Assembly: GCA_963845245.1 (NCBI GenBank)
Contig: CAWJRJ010000017.1
Span: 32,001 to 96,000 of the forward strand
Length of the DNA stretch: 64,000 nucleotides
Source: Nitrospirota bacterium
Lineage (GTDB): Bacteria > Nitrospirota > JACRHJ01
Direction of reading: 5' to 3'
Position numbers and translations under genes: made by a program. The notes beneath the pieces were generated by a model. It searched no databases, had not been told where the DNA came from, and was given only the letters and a program-made list of their open reading frames with translations. Positions 1 to 10,150 of the stretch are shown here, piece by piece. Position 1 is the first letter of the stretch, and every line of letters starts with the position of its first letter.

Positions 1-1076
1 TTCAGGAAAGATTCAAGACCCTCAAAGTTTGATGACGAATCGCCACAGAGGCATTCGGAATTCGGATACAGATATCTTTGCTCCTTTGAGCCGTTTAAAA
101 ATATTGCGGAAATCATACGATATCCACCACTTCCCATGGGATGGCGGAGGAGGTATCCTGGTCGGGAAAAACAATATACCCATCGGATGCCATGTCTTGC
201 ATCTGGCCGACCGGGTCGACGCCCTTATCGACCGCCGGCATGCCATTGCCCCTCAGATTACCGAGATTTGCGAAAAGATAAACGGCGATTCCGGGAAAAA
301 GTTTAAACCCGGGCTTGTTAAGGCATTTCAAAGCCTTGCCCGTAAAAAATCATTCTGGCTTGATGCAACGTCTCCGACAATAAAAACCATCCTGGCAAGG
401 AGGGCGGCGAAAGGCGCGACCCTTGAGGTGGACGAGAAGGGCTTGATGAGCCTTGCAAAGCTGTTCGGGAGGATAATAGATTTCAGGAGCCGGTTTACAG
501 CCGTGCATTCAAGCGGGGTTGCGGCCTGCTGCTGAGGCCATGGCAAGGATGTCAGGGATGCCGGAGCCGGAGTGCTGGCAGATCAGGGTGGCGGGATATC
601 TCCACGACGTTGGAAAGCTTGCCATCCCAAAGGAAATAATAGAAAAGGGCGGCAAGCTGAACGAAGAGGAATTCAATACGCTGAAGAGCCACCCGTACCA
701 TACCTTCAGGACACTTGAAAACATCAAGGGCCTGGAGGTTATTAACGAATGGGCGTCGTTCCATCATGAGCGGCTGGACGGCTCAGGCTATCCGTTTTGT
801 TTGAAGTCCAAAGAGCTTTCGCTGGGGTCGAGGATAGTATCTATTGCAGATGTATTCACCGCAATCATGGAAGACCGGCCGTACAGGCCGGGTATGGCTC
901 CGGAAAGAGCCCTTGAGGTCCTTAAGAAGGACGCTTCAGAAAAATCCCTGGACTGGGGTCTTGTAGAGCTTCTTGAAGAAAATTTCGACGTTCTGAACAC
1001 GATGAGGAAAGATTCACAAGTGGAAGAACTTAAAGAATTCCAAGAGTTTTACCGTTTAGCCGAATTCGCAGGTTAA
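1..1076 (+). CDS. Tandem HD / HD-GYP cyclic-dinucleotide phosphodiesterase, 5'-truncated by the window edge, with apparent +1 indels near 24, 124 and 530
   Basis: C-terminal part has LHDVGK and HHERLDGSGYP motifs. Switching frames restores colinearity with the downstream paralog (e.g. FEPFKNIAEIIRYHHFPWD vs FKPFEKIAGSIRFHHYPWD). Confidence 0.85.
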
Positions 1077-1096
1077 TGGCCGGTTCCCTCTGATTT

Positions 1097-1125
1097 TTGA
1101 CAACTCTCGTCGTAATTAGTAAAAT
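1097..1125 (+). promoter_or_regulatory. Putative sigma70 promoter of the second HD-GYP gene
   Basis: TTGACA-N17-TAAAAT. Confidence 0.65.
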
Positions 1126-1192
1126 TAAAGACATCGAAAGGTATTATAACCTTCCGTAACGATAGTATGCTATTCACCTAATGTGGTGTGAT

Positions 1193-2482
1193 ATGAAAAA
1201 GTCCATCCCGGATGTGCCGCTTTTCGACATGGTCATGTGCCTCTCAAACGCCTTTGACCTTATGAGCCCAGTGCTGGTTGACCACCACAGGCGCGTTGCG
1301 TACATTGCATCAGGCATAGGGGAGATGCTCGGGCTGTCCGGGGAGGCCGTGAGCGACCTTGTGATAGCGGGGCTTCTGCATGATGTAGGCGCTTTTTCAC
1401 TAAAAGACCGGCTTGAACTGGCGAAGTTTGAAGAATACTCGCCGGGCAACCACGCAGAGGTCGGTTACAGGTTTGCCAGGGAATTCAAACCATTTGAAAA
1501 GATAGCGGGTTCCATACGTTTCCACCATTACCCGTGGGATTTTGGCAATGGGGCCACTTTCAAGGACATGTCTGTGCCTATTGCCGGTCATATACTGCAC
1601 CTGGCCGACAGGATTGCAGTGTTAATAGACCCGAAAAGGCCGGTGCTTGGCCAAGCCTCCCGCGTTCGCGAAAAGATAAAAAGCGGAACCGGAGAAAATT
1701 TCGTCCCCGAATTCGTGGATGCGTTTCTTGAACTTTCTTTAAAAGAGTCATTCTGGCTGGACTCGATCAACGGTGCAGCCGGACAGGCGATTGAAGAGAG
1801 GGCAGGTACGGCAGGGATCAGGCTCGACCTTGATGGACTGGATAGCATTGCAAGGCTGTTCAGCCGTATCATAGATTTCAGAAGCCGTTTTACGGTAGTA
1901 CACTCAAGCGGCATAGCGGCCTGCGCAAAGGCAATGGCCGGCTTGGCGGGTATGTCCCAAAAGGACTGTAAACGGATGCGCATTGCGGGGTATCTGCACG
2001 ACCTTGGCAAACTGGCGGTCCCGACCGAGATACTGGAGAAAAAAGGAAAACTGAATGTCGCGGAGCGGAACGTAATAAAATGTCATACGTACCACACCTA
2101 CCGTGTCCTTGAGCCTATAGAAGGGTTTTCGGAGTTGAACGAATGGGCCGCCTACCACCACGAGCGCATGGATGGTATGGGCTACCCGTTCCATATCAAG
2201 GGTGAGGACCTATCTTTAGGGTCGCGTATAATGGCGGTTGTCGACACTTTCACCGCCATAACGGAGGACAGGCCTTACAGGGTTGGCATGGAACCCCAAA
2301 AAGTGCTTAAACTCCTGGAACGCATGGGGAACAACAAGGCGTTCGACGAGGATATCGTCTCGATAATAATCGAACATTTCGATGAGGTAAACGAGGTACG
2401 GATTGCAGCCCAGGCTGCTGTTAAAGGCGAGTACAAGGTATTTGGGATGCCTGCTGGCGCGCACCATGCAGCCGCCGGATGA
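1193..2482 (+). CDS. Tandem HD / HD-GYP phosphodiesterase
   Basis: Two HD domains (LLHDVGA; YLHDLGK), HHERMDGMGYP, DRPYR. Confidence 0.9.
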   Translation: MKKSIPDVPLFDMVMCLSNAFDLMSPVLVDHHRRVAYIASGIGEMLGLSGEAVSDLVIAGLLHDVGAFSLKDRLELAKFEEYSPGNHAEVGYRFAREFKPFEKIAGSIRFHHYPWDFGNGATFKDMSVPIAGHILHLADRIAVLIDPKRPVLGQASRVREKIKSGTGENFVPEFVDAFLELSLKESFWLDSINGAAGQAIEERAGTAGIRLDLDGLDSIARLFSRIIDFRSRFTVVHSSGIAACAKAMAGLAGMSQKDCKRMRIAGYLHDLGKLAVPTEILEKKGKLNVAERNVIKCHTYHTYRVLEPIEGFSELNEWAAYHHERMDGMGYPFHIKGEDLSLGSRIMAVVDTFTAITEDRPYRVGMEPQKVLKLLERMGNNKAFDEDIVSIIIEHFDEVNEVRIAAQAAVKGEYKVFGMPAGAHHAAAG

Positions 2483-2497
2483 TAAAGGCAAACTTTA

Positions 2498-2519
2498 CTT
2501 TTCTTTCGTGAAAGAAAAG
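2498..2519. repeat. Short AT-rich palindrome (cttttcttt-cgtg-aaagaaaag)
   Basis: 9-bp perfect inverted repeat followed by an A-rich tract. Confidence 0.5.
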
Positions 2520-2542
2520 AAACAAAAGAAAGCTGATATTTG

Positions 2543-2570
2543 GCCCGCTAGGGAACAGCGGGCTTTTTTT
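2543..2570 (+). terminator. Rho-independent terminator
   Basis: gcccgct/agcgggc stem followed by T7. Confidence 0.8.
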
Positions 2571-2649
2571 ATGGCAAAAGGCCTGTTTTTTTGATAAGAT
2601 AGCCGTGCATAACCATCTTAAATAAAATCAGTTACTGGAAAGAAGAGAA

Positions 2650-3667
2650 TTGGACGAACGCATAATAGGCCCTGAAAAAATAGTGGACGACTTAAACCTC
2701 GACCTGGCTCTCCGGCCGCTCAGCTTCGACGAGTACGTCGGGCAGGACCGGGTGAAGGACAACCTCAAGGTGTTCATACAGGCGGCGCGGGAGCGCGGCG
2801 AGGCGCTGGACCATGTCCTTTTCTCCGGGCCTCCGGGCCTGGGCAAGACCACCCTTGCGCATATAATCGCGCGCGAGATGGGGGCCAACATAAAGACCAC
2901 CTCCGGGCCTGTCATTGAGCGAGCTGGAGACCTGGCGGCGATATTGACGAACCTTGAAAAGGGTGACGTGCTGTTCGTGGACGAGATACACCGCCTGAAC
3001 CGGGTGATCGAGGAGATCCTCTACCCGGCGATGGAGGACTACCAGCTTGATATAATAATCGGGCAAGGGCCGTCCGCGCGGTCTATAAAGCTCGACCTGC
3101 CGCCTTTCACGCTTGTGGGTGCGACCACCCGGGCCGGGCTGCTCACCTCACCGCTCCGGGAGCGGTTCGGGGTGCTGGCAAGGCTTGAGTTCTACCCGCC
3201 TGAGGACCTGAAAAGGATCATCACCCGCTCGGCAAAGCTTCTTGGGCATAGAGATAAACGACGACGGCGCTTATGAGATCGCGAGGCGTTCGCGCGGGAC
3301 GCCGAGGATAGCCAACAGGCTTCTGCGGCGGGTACGCGACTTCGCACAAGTGGCAGGCGGGGGCATCGTGGATATTCACGCCGCGAAGTCCGCGCTTGAG
3401 AGACTTGAGGTGGACGAGCGCGGGCTCGACTCGATGGATAAGAAGCTGCTGCTTACGATAATGGACAAGTTCGGTGGCGGGCCGGTGGGTGTTGACACTC
3501 TTGCCGCGGCAGTGGCCGAGGAACGCGATACGATAGAGGACGTTTACGAGCCATACTTGATCCAGGAGGGACTCATCGAGAGGACCCCGAGGGGTAGGCT
3601 TGTCACCCAGGCCGCATACGAGCATTACGGACGCAACAAAGGCGGCTTGCAGGGGAGGCTGATATGA
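2650..3667 (+). CDS. ruvB: Holliday junction branch migration ATPase RuvB (frameshift near 3245)
   Basis: [44 protein letters not shown] spread over two overlapping ORFs. Confidence 0.95.
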
Positions 3668-4236
3668 AAGTGCTTATGCACATTTGCTGCGGGCCGTGCC
3701 TTATATACCCGCTGAAGGTCTTGCGAGGGGAAGGCATTTCCGTTGACGGGTATTTCTACAACCCTAACATCCATCCGTACACCGAGTTCAAGAAACGCAT
3801 GGAATGCATGGAAGGCTATGCCGCAAGCGAGGGCCTGAGAGTTGTGAGCGAGGCCGGATACGATATCGAGGAGTACTTCAGAAAAACTGTCTGGAAAGAG
3901 GGCGAAGAGCGGTGCGCCTCGTGTTATGAGATGCGCCTGCGGAAGACCGCACAGATGGCCAAGGATGTCGGATACAACGCGTTCACTACGACACTTCTGT
4001 ACAGCAAATACCAGAAGCACGCCCTGATCGTGCAGGTGGCGAACGTTATCTCGGCGGAAATAGGGATACCGTTTCTGTACCGCGACTTCCGCGAGGGCTG
4101 GAAGGAAGGTCAGGACACTTCCCGCGAGATTGGGATGTACCGCCAGAAATACTGCGGTTGTGTATACAGCGAGAAAGAGCGGTATGTGAAGAAACAGCCG
4201 GTTACGGAAAGCGTTTTAGCGGACACCGAAGAATAA
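3664..4236 (+). CDS. queH: Epoxyqueuosine reductase QueH (DUF208)
   Basis: HICCGPC, YNPNIHP, RCxx[13 protein letters not shown] motifs. Confidence 0.9.
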   Translation: MKVLMHICCGPCLIYPLKVLRGEGISVDGYFYNPNIHPYTEFKKRMECMEGYAASEGLRVVSEAGYDIEEYFRKTVWKEGEERCASCYEMRLRKTAQMAKDVGYNAFTTTLLYSKYQKHALIVQVANVISAEIGIPFLYRDFREGWKEGQDTSREIGMYRQKYCGCVYSEKERYVKKQPVTESVLADTEE

Positions 4237-4276
4237 CAGTCAGCTATAATCCAGACGTTAAGGAGATAAACTTCTC

Positions 4277-4606
4277 ATGGAGAACAATGAATACGGCAAG
4301 CTGATTGATTTCCTCGGCAAAAAGTTTGAAAAGATAGATGAGAAATTCGAGAAAATAGATAAAAGGTTCGACGCAATGGAGGAAAAGTTTGCGACCAAAC
4401 TCGACCTCGAAGACTCAGAACGGCGCACAGGCATACTGATCGAGGAAGTCCATCACAAGATAGACCTAGTGATAGAAGGGCAGCAGGGCATAATCCAGAA
4501 GCTCGGCGGGCATATAGAGGAAAATGAGTCGGAACATAAACGGCTTGAGCACATGGTAATGGAAGACCGGGCGGACATTTACAACATAAAGAAGCGTTTA
4601 TCGTAG
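4277..4606 (+). CDS. Small coiled-coil hypothetical protein
   Basis: AGGAG RBS; heptad repeats KFEKIDE/KFEKIDK/RFDAMEE. Confidence 0.75.
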   Translation: MENNEYGKLIDFLGKKFEKIDEKFEKIDKRFDAMEEKFATKLDLEDSERRTGILIEEVHHKIDLVIEGQQGIIQKLGGHIEENESEHKRLEHMVMEDRADIYNIKKRLS

Positions 4607-4616
4607 GAGGCTTTGA

Positions 4617-5222
4617 ATGGAACTGATGGATGCGATAAAGAAAAGGCGCGCGATACGCAAGTACAAGCCTGACGCAATACCACAGGCCGCTATCGATATG
4701 ATACTTGAAGCCGCACGCCTTGCGCCATCAGGGGTCAACTCACAGCCCTGGAAGTTCAAGGTCGTGACAGACACTGAAATAAAAGAAAAGGTGTTCCTGG
4801 CCTCAAGGAACCAGAACCATATAAGACAGGCCCCGGCCGTATTAGTAATATGCGCCGATACGATGTCATATTCCAAGAGCCTGAAGATAAGGTTCAAGGA
4901 ACTGCTCGATAACGGTGTTATTACCCAGACCGACCTGAACGCCATGGGCTTGAACGTCCTGACTGAGGATGAAGAGAAAGAGCTTGCGAAATATGCGCCC
5001 CAGGCGGCGTTCAACACCGCGATAGCCACCGAGCACATGGCCCTGATGGCCGCGGAGCTTGGGCTTGGGACCTGCTGGGTACATCTGTTCGACAAGGATG
5101 CGATATCGAGGCTTTTCAGCCTGCCGTCATGGATTATGCCGGTGACGCTCATGCCGGTGGGCTATGCGGATGAAGAGCCGGAGCCACGGCCAAGGAAGGC
5201 CATGAAAGAGATTTTGTTTTAA
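4617..5222 (+). CDS. Nitroreductase family protein
   Basis: RRAIRKY, APSGVNSQPWKF, LGLGTCW. Confidence 0.9.
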   Translation: MELMDAIKKRRAIRKYKPDAIPQAAIDMILEAARLAPSGVNSQPWKFKVVTDTEIKEKVFLASRNQNHIRQAPAVLVICADTMSYSKSLKIRFKELLDNGVITQTDLNAMGLNVLTEDEEKELAKYAPQAAFNTAIATEHMALMAAELGLGTCWVHLFDKDAISRLFSLPSWIMPVTLMPVGYADEEPEPRPRKAMKEILF

Positions 5223-5227
5223 AAGGT

Positions 5228-5256
5228 TTGAAAATTAACTACGCATATAATATACT
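5228..5256 (+). promoter_or_regulatory. Putative sigma70 promoter of pheS
   Basis: TTGAAA-N17-TATACT. Confidence 0.55.
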
Positions 5257-5287
5257 TCACGATTATTTTATTTAACTCGGATAAAAA

Positions 5288-6379
5288 ATGCTATTAAACG
5301 AATTTCTGGAAAATATTAAAGAGTACAAAAAGGCTGCCGAAGAGGGCGGCCCGCTTGAGGGATTGATCTCGCGCATCACGGCAGGCCTGAAGGCGGAAGA
5401 GCTTATCCCGGAGTTGGCCAAGACCACGGACGACCTTAAGGAGATAGAAGTCGAGCTGTTCGGCAAGAAGGGGCTCGTATCGCTTCTCAGGAAGAGCATC
5501 CCGCAGGAGGCCCCGGAACGCAGGAAGGATGCGGGCAGGGCGCTGAACGAGCTCAACGGCCTGTATGAAGGGGCGTTCAACGTCGTCCGCGACAGGCTTG
5601 CCGCACAGGAACGGGAGGCGAGACTTGCCGCCGAGCGCGTCGATATAACGCTGCCGGGCAGGCACGCCCCCATAGGACACTCACACCCTATCGCCCTCGT
5701 TACCGAGGAGGTAGTGAGTATATTCAAACGGATGGGTTTTTCGGTAGCGGAAGGGCCGGAGGTAGAGCTCGACTACTATAATTTTGAAACGCTGAACATG
5801 CCGAAGGACCATCCTGCACGCGACATGCAGGACACCTTCTATGTATCCGACGAGGTGGTGCTACGTACACATACCTCTCCGGTGCAGGTGCGCGTCATGA
5901 AGTCGAAGCGCCCACCCATACAGGTAATTGCGCCCGGGAAGGTATACCGCTGCGACGCCGACATATCGCACACGCCCATGTTCCATCAGGTGGAGGGGTT
6001 CATGGTGGACAAGGGCATAACGTTTGGCGACCTGAAAGGCGTCCTGGAGGCATTCTTCGTACAGATGTTCGGAGCGGGCACGGCAACGAGGTTTCGCCCG
6101 AGCTTTTTTCCCTTCACCGAGCCTTCGGCCGAGGTGGACATCCAGTGCGTCATGTGCGGCGGCTCGGGATGCCGGGTGTGCAAGAACACCGGCTGGCTTG
6201 AGATAATGGGCTGCGGCATGGTAGACCCCGAGGTATTCCGAGGCGTCGGGTACGACCCCGAGGAGTTCACCGGGTTTGCATTCGGGATGGGCATCGAGCG
6301 CATCGCCATGCTTAAGTACAGCATAGACGATATCCGCCTCTTTTATGAAAACGACCTCAGATTTATCCGCCAATTCTAA
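5288..6379 (+). CDS. pheS: Phenylalanine-tRNA ligase alpha subunit
   Basis: HPARDMQDTF, LRTHTSPVQ, FPFTEPS, GFAFGMGIER. Confidence 0.98.
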   Translation: MLLNEFLENIKEYKKAAEEGGPLEGLISRITAGLKAEELIPELAKTTDDLKEIEVELFGKKGLVSLLRKSIPQEAPERRKDAGRALNELNGLYEGAFNVVRDRLAAQEREARLAAERVDITLPGRHAPIGHSHPIALVTEEVVSIFKRMGFSVAEGPEVELDYYNFETLNMPKDHPARDMQDTFYVSDEVVLRTHTSPVQVRVMKSKRPPIQVIAPGKVYRCDADISHTPMFHQVEGFMVDKGITFGDLKGVLEAFFVQMFGAGTATRFRPSFFPFTEPSAEVDIQCVMCGGSGCRVCKNTGWLEIMGCGMVDPEVFRGVGYDPEEFTGFAFGMGIERIAMLKYSIDDIRLFYENDLRFIRQF

Positions 6380-6837
6380 TGAAACCAACCAGGATGTTCC
6401 TCTCACAGAGGAGGATGAACGAAGCCATAGCATACTGCGTCATTATAGACATAGTACTGGGCTTCATACTGAAGAGGTTCCAGGCCAACCACACCAGCCC
6501 GGTTATCTTTCTATACGTTATCAACTTTTTCGTGCTGGCCGGGGTATACCGTTTCTGGAAGATGCCCCTTTTTGCATGGGACCACTCCGGGTTTATCTTT
6601 TTCGGGATATCCCCGTTCAAGAAAGACATAGGAGTCTGGAAGTATGCCGAGAAGGCCGGGTTCAAGCTCATAAAGGACAAAAAGGGCCGCGAGCGTGAAT
6701 ACCTCATAATCATATATACGAACACAAAGGGCCGGTCCAGGACCGGCGCGGTGCCAATGGATATTGTCGGTTTCTCGGATAGCCTCAAAAAAGAGTTGCA
6801 GGAATTCTTAAAAAGCAATCAGATAAAGCCGCTCTGA
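6379..6837 (+). CDS. Hypothetical membrane protein (2 TM helices plus a soluble basic domain)
   Basis: TAATG overlap with pheS stop; two hydrophobic segments. Confidence 0.7.
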   Translation: MKPTRMFLSQRRMNEAIAYCVIIDIVLGFILKRFQANHTSPVIFLYVINFFVLAGVYRFWKMPLFAWDHSGFIFFGISPFKKDIGVWKYAEKAGFKLIKDKKGREREYLIIIYTNTKGRSRTGAVPMDIVGFSDSLKKELQEFLKSNQIKPL

Positions 6838-6859
6838 GTTTAATAAAGGACAGGGATAA

Positions 6860-9262
6860 ATGCGCATAAGCTACAACTGGCTGAAGGAATACGTTGACAC
6901 AGAGCTGACCGTTCAGCAGGTATCAGACAAGCTGACTATGGCTGGACTCGAGGTCGAGGGCCTGGAGTATCTGGGAGAAGGTATCGAGGGCGTCGTAGTC
7001 GGGAAGATACTCTCGATAAAGCCTCACCCGGACGCGGACAAGCTTACCGTATGCGAAGTTGATGCAGGCTCCGAGGTTCTCCAGATAGTATGCGGCGCGA
7101 AGAATATGAATGAGGGCGACAAAGTACCTCTGGCCGTTGCCGGCGCCAGGCTTCCGGGCGGGATCAAGATATCTAAGGGCAAACTGCGCGGCGTCGTATC
7201 CCATGGGATGCTCTGCTCCGAGAAGGAACTTGGACTCGCCAAGGACGCCCATGGGCTCATGATACTGCCGGAGGAAATGCCCACAGGCGAGAACATTGTA
7301 AAGGCGATCGGCCTCGACGACTGGGCGATGGAGATAAATGTCACGCCGAATCGCCCGGACTGCCTGAGCATAATAGGCATAGCCAGGGAGACCGCCGCCC
7401 TGACTCGCCGTCCGCTTAAGATACCCGACGCATCTCTGAATGAGACCGGCAGGCCCATAAAAGAGCTGGTCAAAGTTGAGGTGGAAGATGTCGAGGCATG
7501 CCCGCGCTATGCAGGGCGGGTCATTACCGGCGTAAAGGTGGGGCCGTCTCCTCAGTGGCTGCAGAGAAAGCTCCACGCAGTCGGGATAAGGTCTATAAAC
7601 AACATAGTCGACGTCACAAACTATGTAATGATAGAGATGGGACAGCCGCTGCACGCGTTCGATTACGACCTCCTTCAAGGCAAGAAGATTGTCGTGAGGG
7701 CCGCCGCTGAAGGCGAGGAGTTCACCACGCTTGACGGTGTGGAGCGGAAGCTTGCCGCCGGAATGCTCCTGATATGCGACGGCGAAAGGCCGGTCGCACT
7801 TGCCGGAGTGATGGGCGGGCAGAACTCCGAGGTCAGTTCCGGTACCGTAAACATATTCCTTGAATCCGCATACTTCAATCCCGGTAGCGTGAGGCGCACG
7901 GCCAAGAGACTGGGCCTGCACTCCGAGGCTTCGCACAGGTTTGAGCGCGGCACAGACCCTGAGGGTGTGATTGCAGCGGCGGACAGGGCTGCCGGATTGA
8001 TTGCCCAGCTTGCCGGAGGGGCGGTCGCTACCGGCCTGGCGGACGAGTACCCCAAAGCAATCGTGATGCCGGAAGTGGAGTTGAGGGTATCAAGGGTTGA
8101 GAAGGTGCTTGGTGCGAAGCTTGAAAAAGACGAGATAGAAGACATCGCCCATAGGCTCATGCTATCGGTCAAGGATATCGGCGAGGACACGCTCATGTTG
8201 CAGGCGCCCACGTTCAGGCCTGACCTGACTAGAGAGGCCGACATGATCGAAGAGGTCGCCAGGATATATGGATATGCAAAGATAAAAACCACCCTGCCGT
8301 CTTTTGTGATGGCTCCGGTGGAGCCGGACAGGACAAGGGACGCATCTGGCTCGGTCAGAGATGCCCTGCTTTTCTCCGGGTATGACCAGGTAGTTAATTA
8401 CAGCTTCATCAACCCAAAAGAGTTCGACCGCTTGAATCTGGCGGAAGACGATTACAGGCGGAAGGTTGTGTTGCTGCAGAACCCGCTGACTGTGGACCAG
8501 TCCGTCATGCGCAGCACCCTCGTACCCAGTCTTCTGAACAACCTGTCATGGAACTTCAGCCGCGGCGTGCGCGAGCTCAAGATATTCGAGATATCCAAGG
8601 TGTTCCACTCCGAGGGGCCGGGTCTCCCGAAGGAGCCGTTGAGGGTAGCGGCGCTTGCAACCGGACGGCGGACAGGCAGCCTGTGGGACGGGCAGGGCGG
8701 TATGGACTTCTTTGACATCAAGGGCACGGTGGAACTGCTCCTCGGCCAGATGAAGATCGAGGGTATGTTCAGGCCCGCACCGGACGTCCCGTTCCTGCAC
8801 CCGGGCAAATCGGCATGGGTGATGGTGGGCGGCAGGGAAGCGGGCTACCTGGGCCAGGTGCACCCGGACGTCATGAAGGAATACGACCTGCCTCTCGACG
8901 CGTTCGTATTCGAACTCGAACTCGAAGACCTGATCGAGGTTGAGGCCGTGGGGATTAAATTCCGTCAGCTCCCGAAGTATCCGGCGATAGAGAGGGATAT
9001 TGCGGCAATAGTCCCGGAGGACGTTTCATCGTTTAATATCATCAAGGCGATAGAATCGATGAAGCTCAGCCTCATGGAAGACATCAGGCTGTTCGACTAC
9101 TTTTCCGGGAGCCCGATACCGGAGGGCAGGAAGAGCCTAGCATACACGATAACATACCGTTCCCCGGAGCGTACGCTGACGGATGACGAAGTCAACGCGC
9201 AGCATCAGCTTGTCATGAATATGCTCAAAGAGCGCCTCGGCGCCGATATAAGGGAGCGGTAA
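6860..9262 (+). CDS. pheT: Phenylalanine-tRNA ligase beta subunit
   Basis: 800 aa; HPDADKL, TPNRPDCLS, RFERG, C-terminal FDX-ACB (KSLAY...RTLTD). Confidence 0.98.
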   Translation: MRISYNWLKEYVDTELTVQQVSDKLTMAGLEVEGLEYLGEGIEGVVVGKILSIKPHPDADKLTVCEVDAGSEVLQIVCGAKNMNEGDKVPLAVAGARLPGGIKISKGKLRGVVSHGMLCSEKELGLAKDAHGLMILPEEMPTGENIVKAIGLDDWAMEINVTPNRPDCLSIIGIARETAALTRRPLKIPDASLNETGRPIKELVKVEVEDVEACPRYAGRVITGVKVGPSPQWLQRKLHAVGIRSINNIVDVTNYVMIEMGQPLHAFDYDLLQGKKIVVRAAAEGEEFTTLDGVERKLAAGMLLICDGERPVALAGVMGGQNSEVSSGTVNIFLESAYFNPGSVRRTAKRLGLHSEASHRFERGTDPEGVIAAADRAAGLIAQLAGGAVATGLADEYPKAIVMPEVELRVSRVEKVLGAKLEKDEIEDIAHRLMLSVKDIGEDTLMLQAPTFRPDLTREADMIEEVARIYGYAKIKTTLPSFVMAPVEPDRTRDASGSVRDALLFSGYDQVVNYSFINPKEFDRLNLAEDDYRRKVVLLQNPLTVDQSVMRSTLVPSLLNNLSWNFSRGVRELKIFEISKVFHSEGPGLPKEPLRVAALATGRRTGSLWDGQGGMDFFDIKGTVELLLGQMKIEGMFRPAPDVPFLHPGKSAWVMVGGREAGYLGQVHPDVMKEYDLPLDAFVFELELEDLIEVEAVGIKFRQLPKYPAIERDIAAIVPEDVSSFNIIKAIESMKLSLMEDIRLFDYFSGSPIPEGRKSLAYTITYRSPERTLTDDEVNAQHQLVMNMLKERLGADIRER

Positions 9263-9828
9263 TGCTGAAAAGGTTCAAGCTGTTACTATGCCTGTTTACC
9301 GTTGCAGGTGTTTTCTTTTTTATGCTCCAGCCCGCCTTTGCCGGAGAAGCCAGGGAGAACAAGCTGTTCACGAAGGAGTTTGCGCTATTCGTGCAGGACA
9401 GGCTGAACAACGAAGTCAAGATACGGACAGACATCCGGGCTTTCATATTAAAGCACAAGGACAAGCTGAAGGACAACTTCGGCAAGCACCCCGAGCTTAT
9501 CCCGGCAATGTACGAGGCAGCCGGTATCGAGAGGGTCAATTGCATACAGGGCAAATATTGGGACGAATTCACCCAGAAGCTCAACAACGAAGAACGGCAT
9601 TTCTTTTATGAGACGGCCCAGAAGCTCGACTGGTGGGTGATGATGATAGCGGTCGAGGAGGCCGACCAGACGGGCGTTTACAAGAGGTCCCCTCCCATTC
9701 AGTTCAGGCTTCTGACGGACGTCCCGTTTTATATCGGGCTTACGATGCGCGACGACATAAAGCGGTTTCTTGAGGCTGAACCACAGCCTGACGATACGTA
9801 CAGCTACAACAAACTGAAATGTGACTGA
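9262..9828 (+). CDS. Hypothetical exported protein
   Basis: TAATG overlap with pheT; signal-peptide-like N-terminus ending in AFA. Confidence 0.7.
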   Translation: MLKRFKLLLCLFTVAGVFFFMLQPAFAGEARENKLFTKEFALFVQDRLNNEVKIRTDIRAFILKHKDKLKDNFGKHPELIPAMYEAAGIERVNCIQGKYWDEFTQKLNNEERHFFYETAQKLDWWVMMIAVEEADQTGVYKRSPPIQFRLLTDVPFYIGLTMRDDIKRFLEAEPQPDDTYSYNKLKCD

Positions 9829-9829
9829 G

Positions 9830-10150
9830 ATGGACAAGATCGTAGTCCTGATAACAACCTCCAATATGGACGAGGCTGCGAAGATCGGCCGCGCTCTGGT
9901 GGATGAGGGGCTTGCGGCCTGCGCGAACATCGTCGAGGGCGTCCGTTCCATATACAGGTGGAAGGGCGAGGTCTGCGACGACCGGGAATGCCTGATGGTG
10001 GTAAAGACCACTGTGGCAAACTTCGATGCAATGGAAAAGCGGGTTCGGGAACTGCACAGCTACGAGGTCCCGGAGGTCATAGCCCTTCCGATAGTAAAAG
10101 GTTCCAAACCCTACCTCGACTGGGTAGAGGAAAACTCACGCATTGGTTAA
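9830..10150 (+). CDS. cutA: Divalent-cation tolerance protein CutA
   Basis: LAACANI, SIYRWKG, HSYEVPE, YLDW. Confidence 0.95.
   Translation: MDKIVVLITTSNMDEAAKIGRALVDEGLAACANIVEGVRSIYRWKGEVCDDRECLMVVKTTVANFDAMEKRVRELHSYEVPEVIALPIVKGSKPYLDWVEENSRIG

Noticed and set aside
524..545. In-frame TGA after AACC in the first HD-GYP gene as possible selenocysteine
   Set aside because: The downstream coding sequence is in a different frame. Removing one base gives ACAEAMA, matching the paralog (ACAKAMA).
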